Shown: positions 9,977 to 19,349 of the stretch, piece by piece | Layout of the letters: every line of letters begins with the position of its first letter | Position numbering within the stretch: position 1 is the first letter of the stretch | DNA from: Dehalococcoidales bacterium | Lineage (GTDB): Bacteria; Chloroflexota; Dehalococcoidia; Dehalococcoidales; RBG-16-60-22 | Assembly: GCA_016930185.1 (NCBI GenBank) | Contig: JAFGHK010000033.1 | Span: forward strand, 4,034 to 68,033 | Reading direction: 5' to 3' | DNA length: 64,000 nt | Made by a program: the position numbers and the translations under genes | Notes under the pieces: model-generated | What the model saw: the letters and a program-made list of their open reading frames with translations, nothing else | Databases searched by the model: none | What the model was told of the DNA's origin: nothing

Positions 9977-11149
9977 ATGAAAATCACCAGGATAGAGTGT
10001 ATACCGGTATCTCTTCCTTTCGTCAAGCCGATAGTAATGTCCGGCGGGCCGGCCAAATGTGCCGATGCCGTCGTACTTAAGATACATACCGACGAGGGCG
10101 TTACGGGGGTGGCGGAAACGGGAGACACCTCGCTGTGGTACATGGGCGAGAGCCAGGACTCCATCTTCTCCAACATCGTCAACGTTTTTGCGCCGCAGAT
10201 ACTGCTTGGAGAGGACCCCTTCAATATCGAGAAAATCGTGGCGAGAATGGACAAAGTCTGTAGGGCTAATAACCAGTCGAAAGCGGTCGTCGATTACGCG
10301 CTGCACGACCTGATGGGCAGGGCACTTGGGGTGCCTCTATACAAGATGCTGGGCGGGCTTTCCAACCCAAAGATAGCGCTGGCCTTCGTGATGTCTTCAG
10401 GCACGGCGGCGGAGGTGGAGGCGGAGGCGAAATCGTTGGTAAAAGCCGGCTTCAAGGGACTGAAACTGAAAGTCGGCGCGCGGACGCCGGACGAGGATAT
10501 CGAGACGGTGGGGGCTTTGAGGCAAGCAGTGGGGAGTGATATCAAGATAATGATAGACGCTAACGGCGGGTGGCTGTACCACCAGGCGCTCTACGTACTG
10601 CAAAGAGTGGCGAAATACGATGTTTACGTGGCGGAGCAGCCGGTGCCGTGGTGGGATATCGACGGTCTGGCAAGACTGCGGCGCAAGGTGGACGTGCCGG
10701 TATTTCCCGATGAGTCCGCTAAAGAACTAAATGACCTGATTAAAATTATCGAAAAGGATGCGGCAGACGGGCTGTTCCTTAAGGTTCCCAAAGCCGGGGG
10801 GATATTAAAATCGCAGAAGTGGGTAGCGATAGCGCAGGCGGCCAACCTACCGGTAATGTGCGGCTGCATGATAGATTCGGGCCTCGGGGCAGCATGCACG
10901 GCGCATTTCCTGGCGGCGACTGAATGGATAGGGAAAATAGAGCAGGAAGCCATCGGGCCGCTTAATCTGTACAACATCCCCGATACGGTCAGCACACCGC
11001 TCAAGGATGACCTGGCGGTGAAAGTGCCTCGCTACGAGAACGGTTTTCTCTACCCGCCGGAGGGGCCGGGCACGGGGGTGGAACTCAATGAAGGAGCAGT
11101 AAAGAAGTTTGCCACGCCGGGTAAAAAACCGATAGTAATTGGGAAATAA
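9977..11149 (+). CDS. enolase-superfamily enzyme (mandelate racemase / muconate lactonizing enzyme family)
   Basis: 390 aa. Capping domain begins MKITRIECIPVSLPF..VVLKIHTDEGVTGVAETG. Barrel motifs are KLKVG, MIDANGGW, AEQP and PDES. Confidence 0.85.
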   Translation: MKITRIECIPVSLPFVKPIVMSGGPAKCADAVVLKIHTDEGVTGVAETGDTSLWYMGESQDSIFSNIVNVFAPQILLGEDPFNIEKIVARMDKVCRANNQSKAVVDYALHDLMGRALGVPLYKMLGGLSNPKIALAFVMSSGTAAEVEAEAKSLVKAGFKGLKLKVGARTPDEDIETVGALRQAVGSDIKIMIDANGGWLYHQALYVLQRVAKYDVYVAEQPVPWWDIDGLARLRRKVDVPVFPDESAKELNDLIKIIEKDAADGLFLKVPKAGGILKSQKWVAIAQAANLPVMCGCMIDSGLGAACTAHFLAATEWIGKIEQEAIGPLNLYNIPDTVSTPLKDDLAVKVPRYENGFLYPPEGPGTGVELNEGAVKKFATPGKKPIVIGK

Positions 11150-11170
11150 GAACTTTTAACGAGCAGGACA

Positions 11171-12550
11171 ATGGAAGCTACCGCAATAGAAAGACTGGCA
11201 GCCAACGCACTGAAAACGCGCTTCGAGAACTTTGACAAAGACACGTTGGAAGCTACGAAATACCGCATCATCGATACGCTGGGATGCCTGATAGGCGGTG
11301 CTCTAGATACGGGCAATCTGGAACTGCTGAAACACCTGATAGAACAGGACGGTAAAAAGGAAGCTACGATTCTGGTGCACGGCGTCAAAGTTCCGGCGAC
11401 CAGCGCGGCTTTCCTGAACTGCATCATGGCACGTTCCTTCGACTTTGAGCCGGTAAGCCCGCTGTATGAAGGCGTAAGCTGCCCGGGGCATGTAAGCGGT
11501 ACTACCATACCTTCAGCATTCACTCTGGCCGAGATGGTCAATGCCAGTGGTAAGGAAATGATAGCCGCCCTGCTCGTGGGAGACGATATTGCCACCAGAA
11601 TACTGGCGGCTTCAGGTTTCGGCTTCACTTTAGGATGGGACGGCGTGGGCACGGTCAATACCTTCGGCGTCACCGCCATCGCCGGATGTCTCCTCGGTCT
11701 GGATGAATTACAGCTTCGGAATGCCTTCGGCATTGCCCTTAATCAGATAGGGACAACTTTCCAGTCTTTCTGGGACGGCACAACAGCGTTTAAGCTGCCA
11801 CAGGGGCTGGCAGCGCGGGCGGGGATACTCTCCGCGCAATTAGCTAAAGCGGGATGGACGGGACCAGAGGACGCGCTATTCGGCAAATTCGGGTACTACA
11901 AAATGTTCACCGAAGGCTGTGAGAAGCCGGAGGCACTGACGGACACCCTGGGGAAGAAATACTATTACGACGGCACCATAAAGCCCTACCCATGCTGCCG
12001 CATCCCTCACGCCGCCATCCAGTGCGCACTGGAGCTGGTGAAAAAGCATAACATCAAGCCAGACGATATAGAGTCGGTCAATCTTGACCTGGCGCAGGGC
12101 GGCATCGACCACGTATGCGGGCACCCGTTCAAAATCGGGGCCTTTCCGCACGGCAACGCCGCTTTCAGCTATGAATACGCGACGGCCACGGCTTTCCTTT
12201 TTGGCAGTGTCAGGCCGGAACACTTTACCGAGAAAGCGATACGCAACCCGCAAGTCACCGATTTTATCAAGAAAATAAAGCTGACACCCGCTAAAGATGT
12301 GGAGTTTGAAAAGGCGAGGATGACGGTGACGCTTAAGGACAGGCGAAAGCTGACGGAAACCTGCACCAGAGTCAAGGGCGACCCGCTGGATAACCCTATG
12401 ACCCATGAGGAAATTATTGAAAAGTTCTGGGTAAACGTTGAATTTTCCAAGAAGATAAGCCGTAAGAAAGCCTCGGAGCTACTGGAGAAGCTACTGAAAC
12501 TGGAAAAAGCGGACAGCGTGAGGAATCTTATTCCTTTACTGGTGGTATGA
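11171..12550 (+). CDS. MmgE/PrpD family protein (2-methylcitrate dehydratase-like)
   Basis: 459 aa. The N-terminus is typical for PrpD-family proteins (..AKYRIIDTLGCLIGGA..) and the size fits. It starts 21 nt after the enolase-family gene. Confidence 0.8.
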   Translation: MEATAIERLAANALKTRFENFDKDTLEATKYRIIDTLGCLIGGALDTGNLELLKHLIEQDGKKEATILVHGVKVPATSAAFLNCIMARSFDFEPVSPLYEGVSCPGHVSGTTIPSAFTLAEMVNASGKEMIAALLVGDDIATRILAASGFGFTLGWDGVGTVNTFGVTAIAGCLLGLDELQLRNAFGIALNQIGTTFQSFWDGTTAFKLPQGLAARAGILSAQLAKAGWTGPEDALFGKFGYYKMFTEGCEKPEALTDTLGKKYYYDGTIKPYPCCRIPHAAIQCALELVKKHNIKPDDIESVNLDLAQGGIDHVCGHPFKIGAFPHGNAAFSYEYATATAFLFGSVRPEHFTEKAIRNPQVTDFIKKIKLTPAKDVEFEKARMTVTLKDRRKLTETCTRVKGDPLDNPMTHEEIIEKFWVNVEFSKKISRKKASELLEKLLKLEKADSVRNLIPLLVV

Positions 12551-12559
12551 AAATAATTA

Positions 12560-13213
12560 CTATTTACTTGCTTTCAAGATGGCACAATTATGATGTTGCC
12601 GGATTTTTACTACTTTATTAAAGCCAGCTTTTTTCAACATACCAATCTGATTCTCTACGGTACACGGTGTATCATAATGATAAAATCCTACTTTTATACC
12701 TTGTTCAGCCCGGATGCGTTTATTTTCGGTGAAATGTAAATCCTCAAACTCCTGTGTAGGCGCGATATAATCTGCCTCAATGTAAAAACCATCTGGCTTT
12801 AAAGCAGAGTTGATTCTTTTATACAGTCCAATCTTTTTTCCATATGAAAAATGATGGAGCGTCTGAACGGATAAAGCAACATCAAATGTATTTTGCCCAA
12901 AATCATAATCAAAATAATTACCTAATACGAGATTAAGCTGGCTTTTTCTAGCAGCATGTTTCTGACCCAACCTTTCCAGTAACTTCTCTGCCATATTAAT
13001 CCCCGTAACCTGCACGGCAGGATTAACTCAAACTATTTCATCAAGCTCCAGTCCCGTCCCGCACCCTAAATCAAGAAGTTTGAGTCCTTTCGTAGGTGGT
13101 ATTAGCTTCGCAACTTCAATATAATCACCAGACCCAGTTAATTCTTTTAACATATGTTCCTCGTATCCATCAACACGAGTATTGAAAAAACTGCTCATTT
13201 CTTCTAAAGGCAT
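12560..13213 (-). pseudogene. class I SAM-dependent methyltransferase interrupted by one in-frame TGA
   Basis: ORFs 13028..13213 (ending ..KLLDLGCGTGLELDEIV) and 12560..13015 are in the same frame. They are separated only by TGA (13028-13030) plus 4 codons, so the read-through sequence is ..LELDEIV*VNPAVQVTGINMAEKLLE. That is a contiguous methyltransferase motif I/II region. The segment is much more AT-rich than its flanks. Confidence 0.7.
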
Positions 13214-13241
13214 GATTTTTTTCCTTTGGTATTATCTGATA

Positions 13242-13640
13242 CTATCCCCGCTCCACCAGCTCGATAAGGACGTTCTCGGCGGCGGAGGGGTGCACGAAAG
13301 CGATTTTAGCATCCGGCATCGATATAGGCTCTTCATTCTGGAGTTTTTTACCCTGCGCTTTCAGATTCTTGAGTTCTTTAACGATATCGTCGGTGGCAAA
13401 GGAGACGTGGTGTAAACCAGCGCCCTTTTCCTCAAAGAATCTGGAGAAGCTGTTGCCTGTTTTTAAGGGCTGGAACAACTCTAGTCTGATATCTCCGCAC
13501 TGCATCATTACAGAAACAAACTCGCCGCCCGGTCCCTCCCGCTTTTCCAACACTTTAAAGTCGAACATATCAGTGTAAGATTTAATAGCTTTATCTATGT
13601 CTTTGACGACGACGGCAATATGGTCGATTTTCTTTAGCAT
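13242..13640 (-). CDS. methylmalonyl-CoA epimerase / VOC (glyoxalase) family protein
   Basis: I use the internal start MLKKIDHIAVVVKDIDKAIKSYTDMFDF, whose ATG at 13638-13640 is preceded by AGGAGGAAAA. The upstream 51-codon extension of the track ORF is Arg/Pro-rich and overlaps the SDR gene. Confidence 0.8.
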   Translation of the reverse strand: MLKKIDHIAVVVKDIDKAIKSYTDMFDFKVLEKREGPGGEFVSVMMQCGDIRLELFQPLKTGNSFSRFFEEKGAGLHHVSFATDDIVKELKNLKAQGKKLQNEEPISMPDAKIAFVHPSAAENVLIELVERG

Positions 13641-13659
13641 TTTTCCTCCTGAATGATTA

Positions 13660-14598
13660 TTAAAACGGGAAAATGGCCGGCAAATCATGGGTCTTGTTCC
13701 TGGTAAGCGTGATGGGTATGGTCTCAACGAGCTCTTCAACCGTCCAGCGGCTTTCCTTCCAAAGCACCTGCTCGATGGGGGGCGGGTCAGCATAGATGCC
13801 GATATGCCCGTGCCAGACCTCGAAGACGCAACCGTTGACGTTATCAGCTTTCTCCGAAGCCAGGTAAACGACCAGTCCGGCGACGTCCTCCGGCTGGTTT
13901 AGCTCCAGCATTTGCTTCAAGCGCTTTTCCGCAAGCTCGGCTCCCCACATCCGGCTCCATGCCTCTTTAAGCCCTTTATCCTTCACCATATCAATAAATC
14001 CGCGCGTGCCGGCGACGGGGCGGATTACATTACAAGTAACGCCATAGCGCTGCATATCCCGCGCCACAGTGCGCGTCAGCCCCACGATGCCCTCCTTGGC
14101 AGCGCTATAATTAGCCTGCCCCATGTTGCCCAGTCCGGCATGGGAGGATGTGCTGATAATACGTCCGTAATTCTGCTGTTTCATCACGCGGCAGGCGGCG
14201 CGGGTGCAATAGAAAGTGCCGCTTAGATTGGTTTTAAGCACCGTTTCCCACTCTTCGTCGGTGGTGTTGTATATCATGCGGTCGCGGTTAAAGCCGGCAT
14301 TGTTCACCAGAATATCTAGTCGACCGAAGCTATCGAGGGCGGTCTTGATGATACTTTCCGCGCCGTCGACCACCGCCACGCTGGCATAGCTGGGAACAGC
14401 CTCGCCTCCAGCCTTCTTTATTGCTACGACTACCTCATCGGCGGGCCCGCGGGAAGTCCCGGAGCCGTCGGTAGCAGTTCCCAAATCGTTGACCACTACG
14501 CTTGCACCTTGGGCTGCCAGCGCGATAGCCTCGGCGCGTCCGAGACCTTTACCGGCCCCCGTGACCACAGCAACCTTGCCCTTCAGCAATTCACCCAT
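13660..14598 (-). CDS. SDR-family oxidoreductase (3-hydroxyacyl-CoA dehydrogenase-like, MFE-2 N-terminal type)
   Basis: 312 aa with the Rossmann motif GKVAVVTGAGKGLGRAEA, NNAG, and the catalytic YSAAK. Confidence 0.8.
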   Translation of the reverse strand: MGELLKGKVAVVTGAGKGLGRAEAIALAAQGASVVVNDLGTATDGSGTSRGPADEVVVAIKKAGGEAVPSYASVAVVDGAESIIKTALDSFGRLDILVNNAGFNRDRMIYNTTDEEWETVLKTNLSGTFYCTRAACRVMKQQNYGRIISTSSHAGLGNMGQANYSAAKEGIVGLTRTVARDMQRYGVTCNVIRPVAGTRGFIDMVKDKGLKEAWSRMWGAELAEKRLKQMLELNQPEDVAGLVVYLASEKADNVNGCVFEVWHGHIGIYADPPPIEQVLWKESRWTVEELVETIPITLTRNKTHDLPAIFPF

Positions 14599-14616
14599 AA
14601 CTGCCCTCCTTGTATA

Positions 14617-15831
14617 TCAAGCAATAACTTCTTTATCTTTTAAATCGGTAATCTCATCCCATGTTAGTCCGAGAACCCCGGTAAGAATCTCCTCCGTGTG
14701 CTGGCTGAACTCCGGGGCGGTGTTTCGTACAGTGGTAGGGGTCTTGCTAAACTGCCAGGGAGGCATGATTACCTTGAGTTTTTTCCCAGCGGGATGGTCG
14801 ATTTCCCTGAAATAGGTATCCGCCCAGGGGGTGGGGTCGATAGCGACCTCGCCGGGGGTCTTGACAACCGTCCAGATGATATTCTCTTTAGCCAGTCTCT
14901 CCGCCCATTCTTTTTGTGTTTTTTTCTTGAAAACTTCATCCAGAATCTTGATAAGCGGCACGTTATTTTCCATGCGTAACTCGTGAGTGGCATACTTCGG
15001 GTCTTGCTCCAGTTTACCTAACTCCAGCGACTTGCAGATGCCCGTCCAGTACCGGTCGCCCTGTATGCAGGCCAGCTGAATCCAGCGTCCGTCGGAGCAC
15101 TCGTAGCTGTTGAAAATTGGATTGCTTTGATTGGTACGCGATACACGCCCGTATTCCAGTCCGGTAGCCAGCACCGAGGAAAGCACGATGCCCATCGACC
15201 ATATGCCCCCGCCGTATAAAGAGACGCAGACCTCCTGGCCTTCGCCGGTACGCTCGCGGTGGAAGAGCGCCATCATGATGGCACAGGCTGCATACATGCC
15301 GGTGGTGTTATCACCGAAGCCCGGCACCTGGAAAGGCAAAGGCGTGCCCGGCTCGCCCAGCGAAGCCATGACACCACTGCGCGCCCAGTAACCGACGAAG
15401 TCGTAAGCGCCGACGTCTTTCTCCGGCCCGTGGAGTCCGTAGCCGGAAAGATGGGTGTAGATAATCTTGGGGTTAAGCTTAGAGATATCCTTATATTCCA
15501 GCTTTAAGTCTTTAAGCGCATGGGGACGGAAGTTGCACACAAAAACGTCCGATTTTTCCACCAGTTTATATAAAATATCCCTGCCCTCTTTCTTCTTCAG
15601 GTCGAGGGTGATGCCCTTTTTGTTGAGGTTATAAAACTCGAGGACGTAGTTGATATCGTAAATCGGCACATCGCCGCTGATCTTCAGGATACCGCGTGTC
15701 TGGTCGCCGCCCTGGGTACGCTCAACCTTGATGACTTCGGCGCCCATATCAGCCAGGATGCGGCAGCAAACGGGAGCCAGTCCCGCCTCGCTGACATCGA
15801 GGACGCGGATGCCTTCTAGAGCCATTTTCAT
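14617..15831 (-). CDS. family III CoA-transferase (CaiB/BaiF family)
   Basis: Start MKMALEGIRVLDVSEAGLAPVCCRILADMGAEVIKVER, with its ATG at 15829-15831 preceded by AGGAGGT. The N-terminus is a canonical CoA-transferase III sequence. Confidence 0.85.
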   Translation of the reverse strand: MKMALEGIRVLDVSEAGLAPVCCRILADMGAEVIKVERTQGGDQTRGILKISGDVPIYDINYVLEFYNLNKKGITLDLKKKEGRDILYKLVEKSDVFVCNFRPHALKDLKLEYKDISKLNPKIIYTHLSGYGLHGPEKDVGAYDFVGYWARSGVMASLGEPGTPLPFQVPGFGDNTTGMYAACAIMMALFHRERTGEGQEVCVSLYGGGIWSMGIVLSSVLATGLEYGRVSRTNQSNPIFNSYECSDGRWIQLACIQGDRYWTGICKSLELGKLEQDPKYATHELRMENNVPLIKILDEVFKKKTQKEWAERLAKENIIWTVVKTPGEVAIDPTPWADTYFREIDHPAGKKLKVIMPPWQFSKTPTTVRNTAPEFSQHTEEILTGVLGLTWDEITDLKDKEVIA

Positions 15832-15854
15832 GTTAAGTACCTCCTGGAAACGGG

Positions 15855-17045
15855 CTATTTTTCGTTGCCGACGATGTTGCAGCTGCAAACACCGGTGCCG
15901 GCATTGCCGCCAAGGTTGTGGGTTAAGCCCAAACGGGGGTTTTTCACCTGCCGCGGCCCGGCCTTGCCCTGGAGCTGCTTATAGACCTCGTACATCATGC
16001 GCAGGCCGCTGGCGCCCAGCGGGTGCCCGAAACACTTAAGTCCTCCGTCGGTATTGACGGGTAACTCACCCTCAAGCGTAAAAGCCCCGACCTCGATATC
16101 CTCCCGGGCGCGACCCCGCTTGCTGAAGCCGAGGTCCTCATAGACAATCATCTCGTGGATGGAAAAGCAGTCGTGCACCTCGGCGATGGATATTTCTTTG
16201 CGGGGGTCTTTCACACCGGCGGCGGCATAAGCCTGGCGTGAGCCGATTATATTCTCCTCGATATGTACGAAATCATAGTCCTGCCGCATGGCGCCCTGCC
16301 GCGCGCCTACGGTTATCTGCATAGCCTTAACGTAAATGGGGTCGGGGCGGAACTTTTTAGCCATGTCGGCACGGGTAACGACAGCTACAGCCGCGCCGTC
16401 ACTAACGCCACAGCAGTCGTAAAGTCCCAGCGGCCAGGCGATTATGGGGGCGTTCATCACCTGGTCGATGGTCAGTTCATTCTGGAAATGCGCCTTGGGA
16501 TTGAGGCTGCCGTTGTGATGGTTCTTGACGGCTATCTGCGCCAGAAGCCTTTTGCCTTCCTCCGGCTTGATATTGTAATCGTGGAAATAGCGGGTAGCGA
16601 GGTAGGCAAAAGAGGCCGGGGCGCTGTAACCGGGGCCTATGCCCGAACTGGCGTCCTGGTTATCGCCGACGATGCTTGGGCCCTTGAGCCCCGTAGCGCC
16701 GGAGTCCTTGAGCTTTTCCACCCCCACCGCCAGGGCAATATCAACGACGCCAGCGGCGACGGCATAACTGGCAGCCCGTAGCGCCTCGGAGCCGGTAGCG
16801 CACATGTTTTCCACACGGGTCATGGGAATATATTGAAGCTGGAGGGGTGATAGGGTAATTGCGGAAATACCGGAAAAAACAGTACCTATCCAGGCCGCCT
16901 GGATGTCCTTGGGTTCGATACCGGCATCTTCGAAAGCCTCGTAGGCGGCTTCGACAATCAGGTCCTCCACTCCCTTATCCCACCGCTCCCCGAACTTGGT
17001 GCAGCCCATGCCCACGATGGCAACTTTATCTTTAATGCTTTCCAT
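15855..17045 (-). CDS. thiolase-fold protein (SCP-x / archaeal acetoacetyl-CoA thiolase type)
   Basis: 396 aa starting KVAIVGMGCTKFGE. The nucleophile motif is VENMCATGSEAL, and GHPLGASG lies near the C-terminus. Confidence 0.85.
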   Translation of the reverse strand: MESIKDKVAIVGMGCTKFGERWDKGVEDLIVEAAYEAFEDAGIEPKDIQAAWIGTVFSGISAITLSPLQLQYIPMTRVENMCATGSEALRAASYAVAAGVVDIALAVGVEKLKDSGATGLKGPSIVGDNQDASSGIGPGYSAPASFAYLATRYFHDYNIKPEEGKRLLAQIAVKNHHNGSLNPKAHFQNELTIDQVMNAPIIAWPLGLYDCCGVSDGAAVAVVTRADMAKKFRPDPIYVKAMQITVGARQGAMRQDYDFVHIEENIIGSRQAYAAAGVKDPRKEISIAEVHDCFSIHEMIVYEDLGFSKRGRAREDIEVGAFTLEGELPVNTDGGLKCFGHPLGASGLRMMYEVYKQLQGKAGPRQVKNPRLGLTHNLGGNAGTGVCSCNIVGNEK

Positions 17046-17075
17046 GGTCTTTCCTCCAGAAGGTAAACTGATTAA

Positions 17076-18497
17076 TTAATCCGCAACAGGCTTTGCTTTC
17101 CAGAAATAGTTATGGATTCCGCGACTATAAAACATCTTGCGGAAGGTCATCTCCAGCGGCATGCCGACCCTAAGTTTATCCACATCGCAGTCGGTAAGCT
17201 CGCAGATAAGCCGACCGCCTTCTTCAAAGTCGATAACGCCGCTGACGCCGGGGGGATTAAGGGTGGGCATAAGCTGGTCGACACTGTATGTGAAGAGTTG
17301 TGCCTTTTTACCGGAAAACTTATAAGGCTCGAACTGGTCTTTAGCCTGGCAGTTGACGCACACACGTGATGTCTGGCCGATTTGAGAAATCTGGAGAGCG
17401 CCGCATTTTTTACATTTAGCCCCGTACAGGGCATAGATGGCTTTTCTTTCCCGCCAGCGACTCTGCAAAGAGATAGGAGAGCGCTCCGGCAGAGTGGAAG
17501 CTTCCACCGGCACGAGACCCCGCCAGGTAAGGTACTGCCCGTAGCTGATGGTGATTTTTCCCGCCAGCTGGTGCGAGATAACCGGTTTTTTCTGGAATTT
17601 CTTGATTTCATCGGTGACACGCAGAATAAAGGCATCAGCGCCGTCGCCGTAACTCAAGAAGAGAATTCTATCTCCCTGCTTTGCCTTTTCCAAGGCGGAC
17701 GCCAGCATCAGGAACGCCGCCGCCGACCCCGTATTGCCGATATCTTTATACAGTGGGTCCTGAACCTGCGATTTATCAAGTTTAAGTCGGCGCGCCAGGG
17801 CAGCGTGTTGGCGGGCATCCGAAGCGTAATATACGACTTTAGCACAATCACCCGGATTGAGCTTGTATTTCTTAAGCAGTCCGTCAATAACCGACTGCAT
17901 CGTAGGTATATAGCCCACCTCGTCGATAAAGCGCCCCTCGGCGGAGCGGGGGAATTTATCTTCCTCGGAGCGCCAGATATCCGTGAAGTCGTTATATACG
18001 GAATAACTGCCTTCGACCTCCGCGATGACTTTTTCCGAGCTGACTGTTATAGCAGCAGCACCGTCGCCGAGGACCTGCTCCAGCGCGCCCTTGGTGGCAC
18101 CCTGTCGGGTATCCGCAGCCGCCACCATCACACTTTTCACCGAGCCGGCCGCAACGGCATCAAGAGCAGCCTTTAGCGCTACTGTCCCCGAACGCAAAGA
18201 GTCGGCAAAATCAGCAACATGGCACCCCTCTTGGAGGTCGGCGGCGCTGGCAACGATAGCCGACGAGAGCTTTTCCCGGTAAGGCGCAGTGGTGGTGGCT
18301 AAAAACAATCCGTCAGCCTCCCCTCCCCCTTTTAAGCAGTCGAGCGCGGCCGCCACTGCCATGGTTATAGTATCCTCGTCATACCCGGCCATGGCTTTAG
18401 TGCCGCCTATACTCCGACCGCCCCACATCCTGCCGATTTCATCGCGGTTTAGCCGGTAGATGGGAACGTAAGCCCCGATTGATGTAATTCCTGCCAT
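17076..18497 (-). CDS. HMG-CoA-synthase-like domain fused to a C-terminal DUF35 (zinc-ribbon plus OB-fold) domain
   Basis: 473 aa. The N-terminal ~340 aa resemble archaeal HMGCS/KAS-III fold proteins (GITSIGAYVPIYRL..DEDTITMAV). The C-terminal ~130 aa carry the zinc ribbon CKKCGALQ..CVNCQ followed by an OB-fold-like segment (GVIDFEEGGRLICELTD), the hallmark of DUF35. Confidence 0.75.
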   Translation of the reverse strand: MAGITSIGAYVPIYRLNRDEIGRMWGGRSIGGTKAMAGYDEDTITMAVAAALDCLKGGGEADGLFLATTTAPYREKLSSAIVASAADLQEGCHVADFADSLRSGTVALKAALDAVAAGSVKSVMVAAADTRQGATKGALEQVLGDGAAAITVSSEKVIAEVEGSYSVYNDFTDIWRSEEDKFPRSAEGRFIDEVGYIPTMQSVIDGLLKKYKLNPGDCAKVVYYASDARQHAALARRLKLDKSQVQDPLYKDIGNTGSAAAFLMLASALEKAKQGDRILFLSYGDGADAFILRVTDEIKKFQKKPVISHQLAGKITISYGQYLTWRGLVPVEASTLPERSPISLQSRWRERKAIYALYGAKCKKCGALQISQIGQTSRVCVNCQAKDQFEPYKFSGKKAQLFTYSVDQLMPTLNPPGVSGVIDFEEGGRLICELTDCDVDKLRVGMPLEMTFRKMFYSRGIHNYFWKAKPVAD

Positions 18498-18839
18498 CTC
18501 CCGTTTTCCCTTTCTTTCAGCGTGACGTAATAATTTACCGGGAATTAATTAAAACATGTGGTTATAAACGTGTTTTCTACTTAAAATATCTTAAGCTGTG
18601 GGATAGGTAGTGTCAAATTAGTATAATGCTGGGACGACTAGATAAACCGCCAGAAAGTTGCCACTTTCTTCCATAGTAGCACTGGCGCGGGGCACTCACC
18701 ATCCTGTTGACCCAAAAGATAGTACTTAAGACTCATTGATTTTGAACGGAATATAGTATATTATATAAACTGTATAATATATAAACTATATAAATTCTAT
18801 ACCAACTCGACTCCATTACGATGAGGAGGAAAATAGAAT

Positions 18840-19298
18840 ATGCATGACGATGTTCAGAGAAGGGTTGCTTTAGATATACTTTCAGTACCGCCGCTGGTCT
18901 TCCGTATGGTACGCCGCAGATTGATAAGTATGACGCTTGCCGATACCAATCTGGATATAAAGCTGCTGCACTTCGAGATAATGCGGGTTCTGAAAGACGA
19001 GGGAACGCTGCACCCAGCTAAAATCGGCGAAAAACTACTCATAGCTAAAGCCCAGATGACCCACCTCATCGATAAACTCGTAGAGCTGGAATTTGTGAAA
19101 AGGGAAATGTGTTCCGACGACCGCCGGACGATTAACATTACCCTTACCGATAAAGGCCGCGAGGTCCTTGAAGAGCAGGACAACCTGGTAATAAACGCCA
19201 TGCAGGAAAATATGTCCTCGTTGACGGATGCAGAGCTGGAAGACTTATCGGGCTCCCTGCGGAAGCTGCGGGATATTTTATTTAAACTGGAGCAATAG
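18840..19298 (+). CDS. MarR family transcriptional regulator
   Basis: 152 aa with a winged-HTH pattern (..LHFEIMRVLKDEGTLHPAKIGEKLLIAKAQMTHLIDKLVELEFVKREMCSDDRRTINITLTDKG). Confidence 0.85.
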   Translation: MHDDVQRRVALDILSVPPLVFRMVRRRLISMTLADTNLDIKLLHFEIMRVLKDEGTLHPAKIGEKLLIAKAQMTHLIDKLVELEFVKREMCSDDRRTINITLTDKGREVLEEQDNLVINAMQENMSSLTDAELEDLSGSLRKLRDILFKLEQ

Positions 19299-19349
19299 AG
19301 GAAAACCTGCTGCATTTTTACCCGCTTAATAGAAAGAGCGATTCAATAA

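Noticed and set aside
13028-13030. The in-frame TGA read as selenocysteine, or as genome-wide UGA recoding.
   Set aside because: The enzyme family has no known Sec members, and I could see no SECIS-like hairpin immediately downstream. Several confident genes in the window terminate at TGA (for example 40847-40849 and 44741-44743).
13641-13793. N-terminal 51-codon extension of the epimerase ORF (track start at 13793).
   Set aside because: The extension overlaps the 3' end of the SDR gene and has an aberrant basic, Pro-rich sequence. The internal ATG at 13640 has a perfect AGGAGG and gives the canonical VOC N-terminus.
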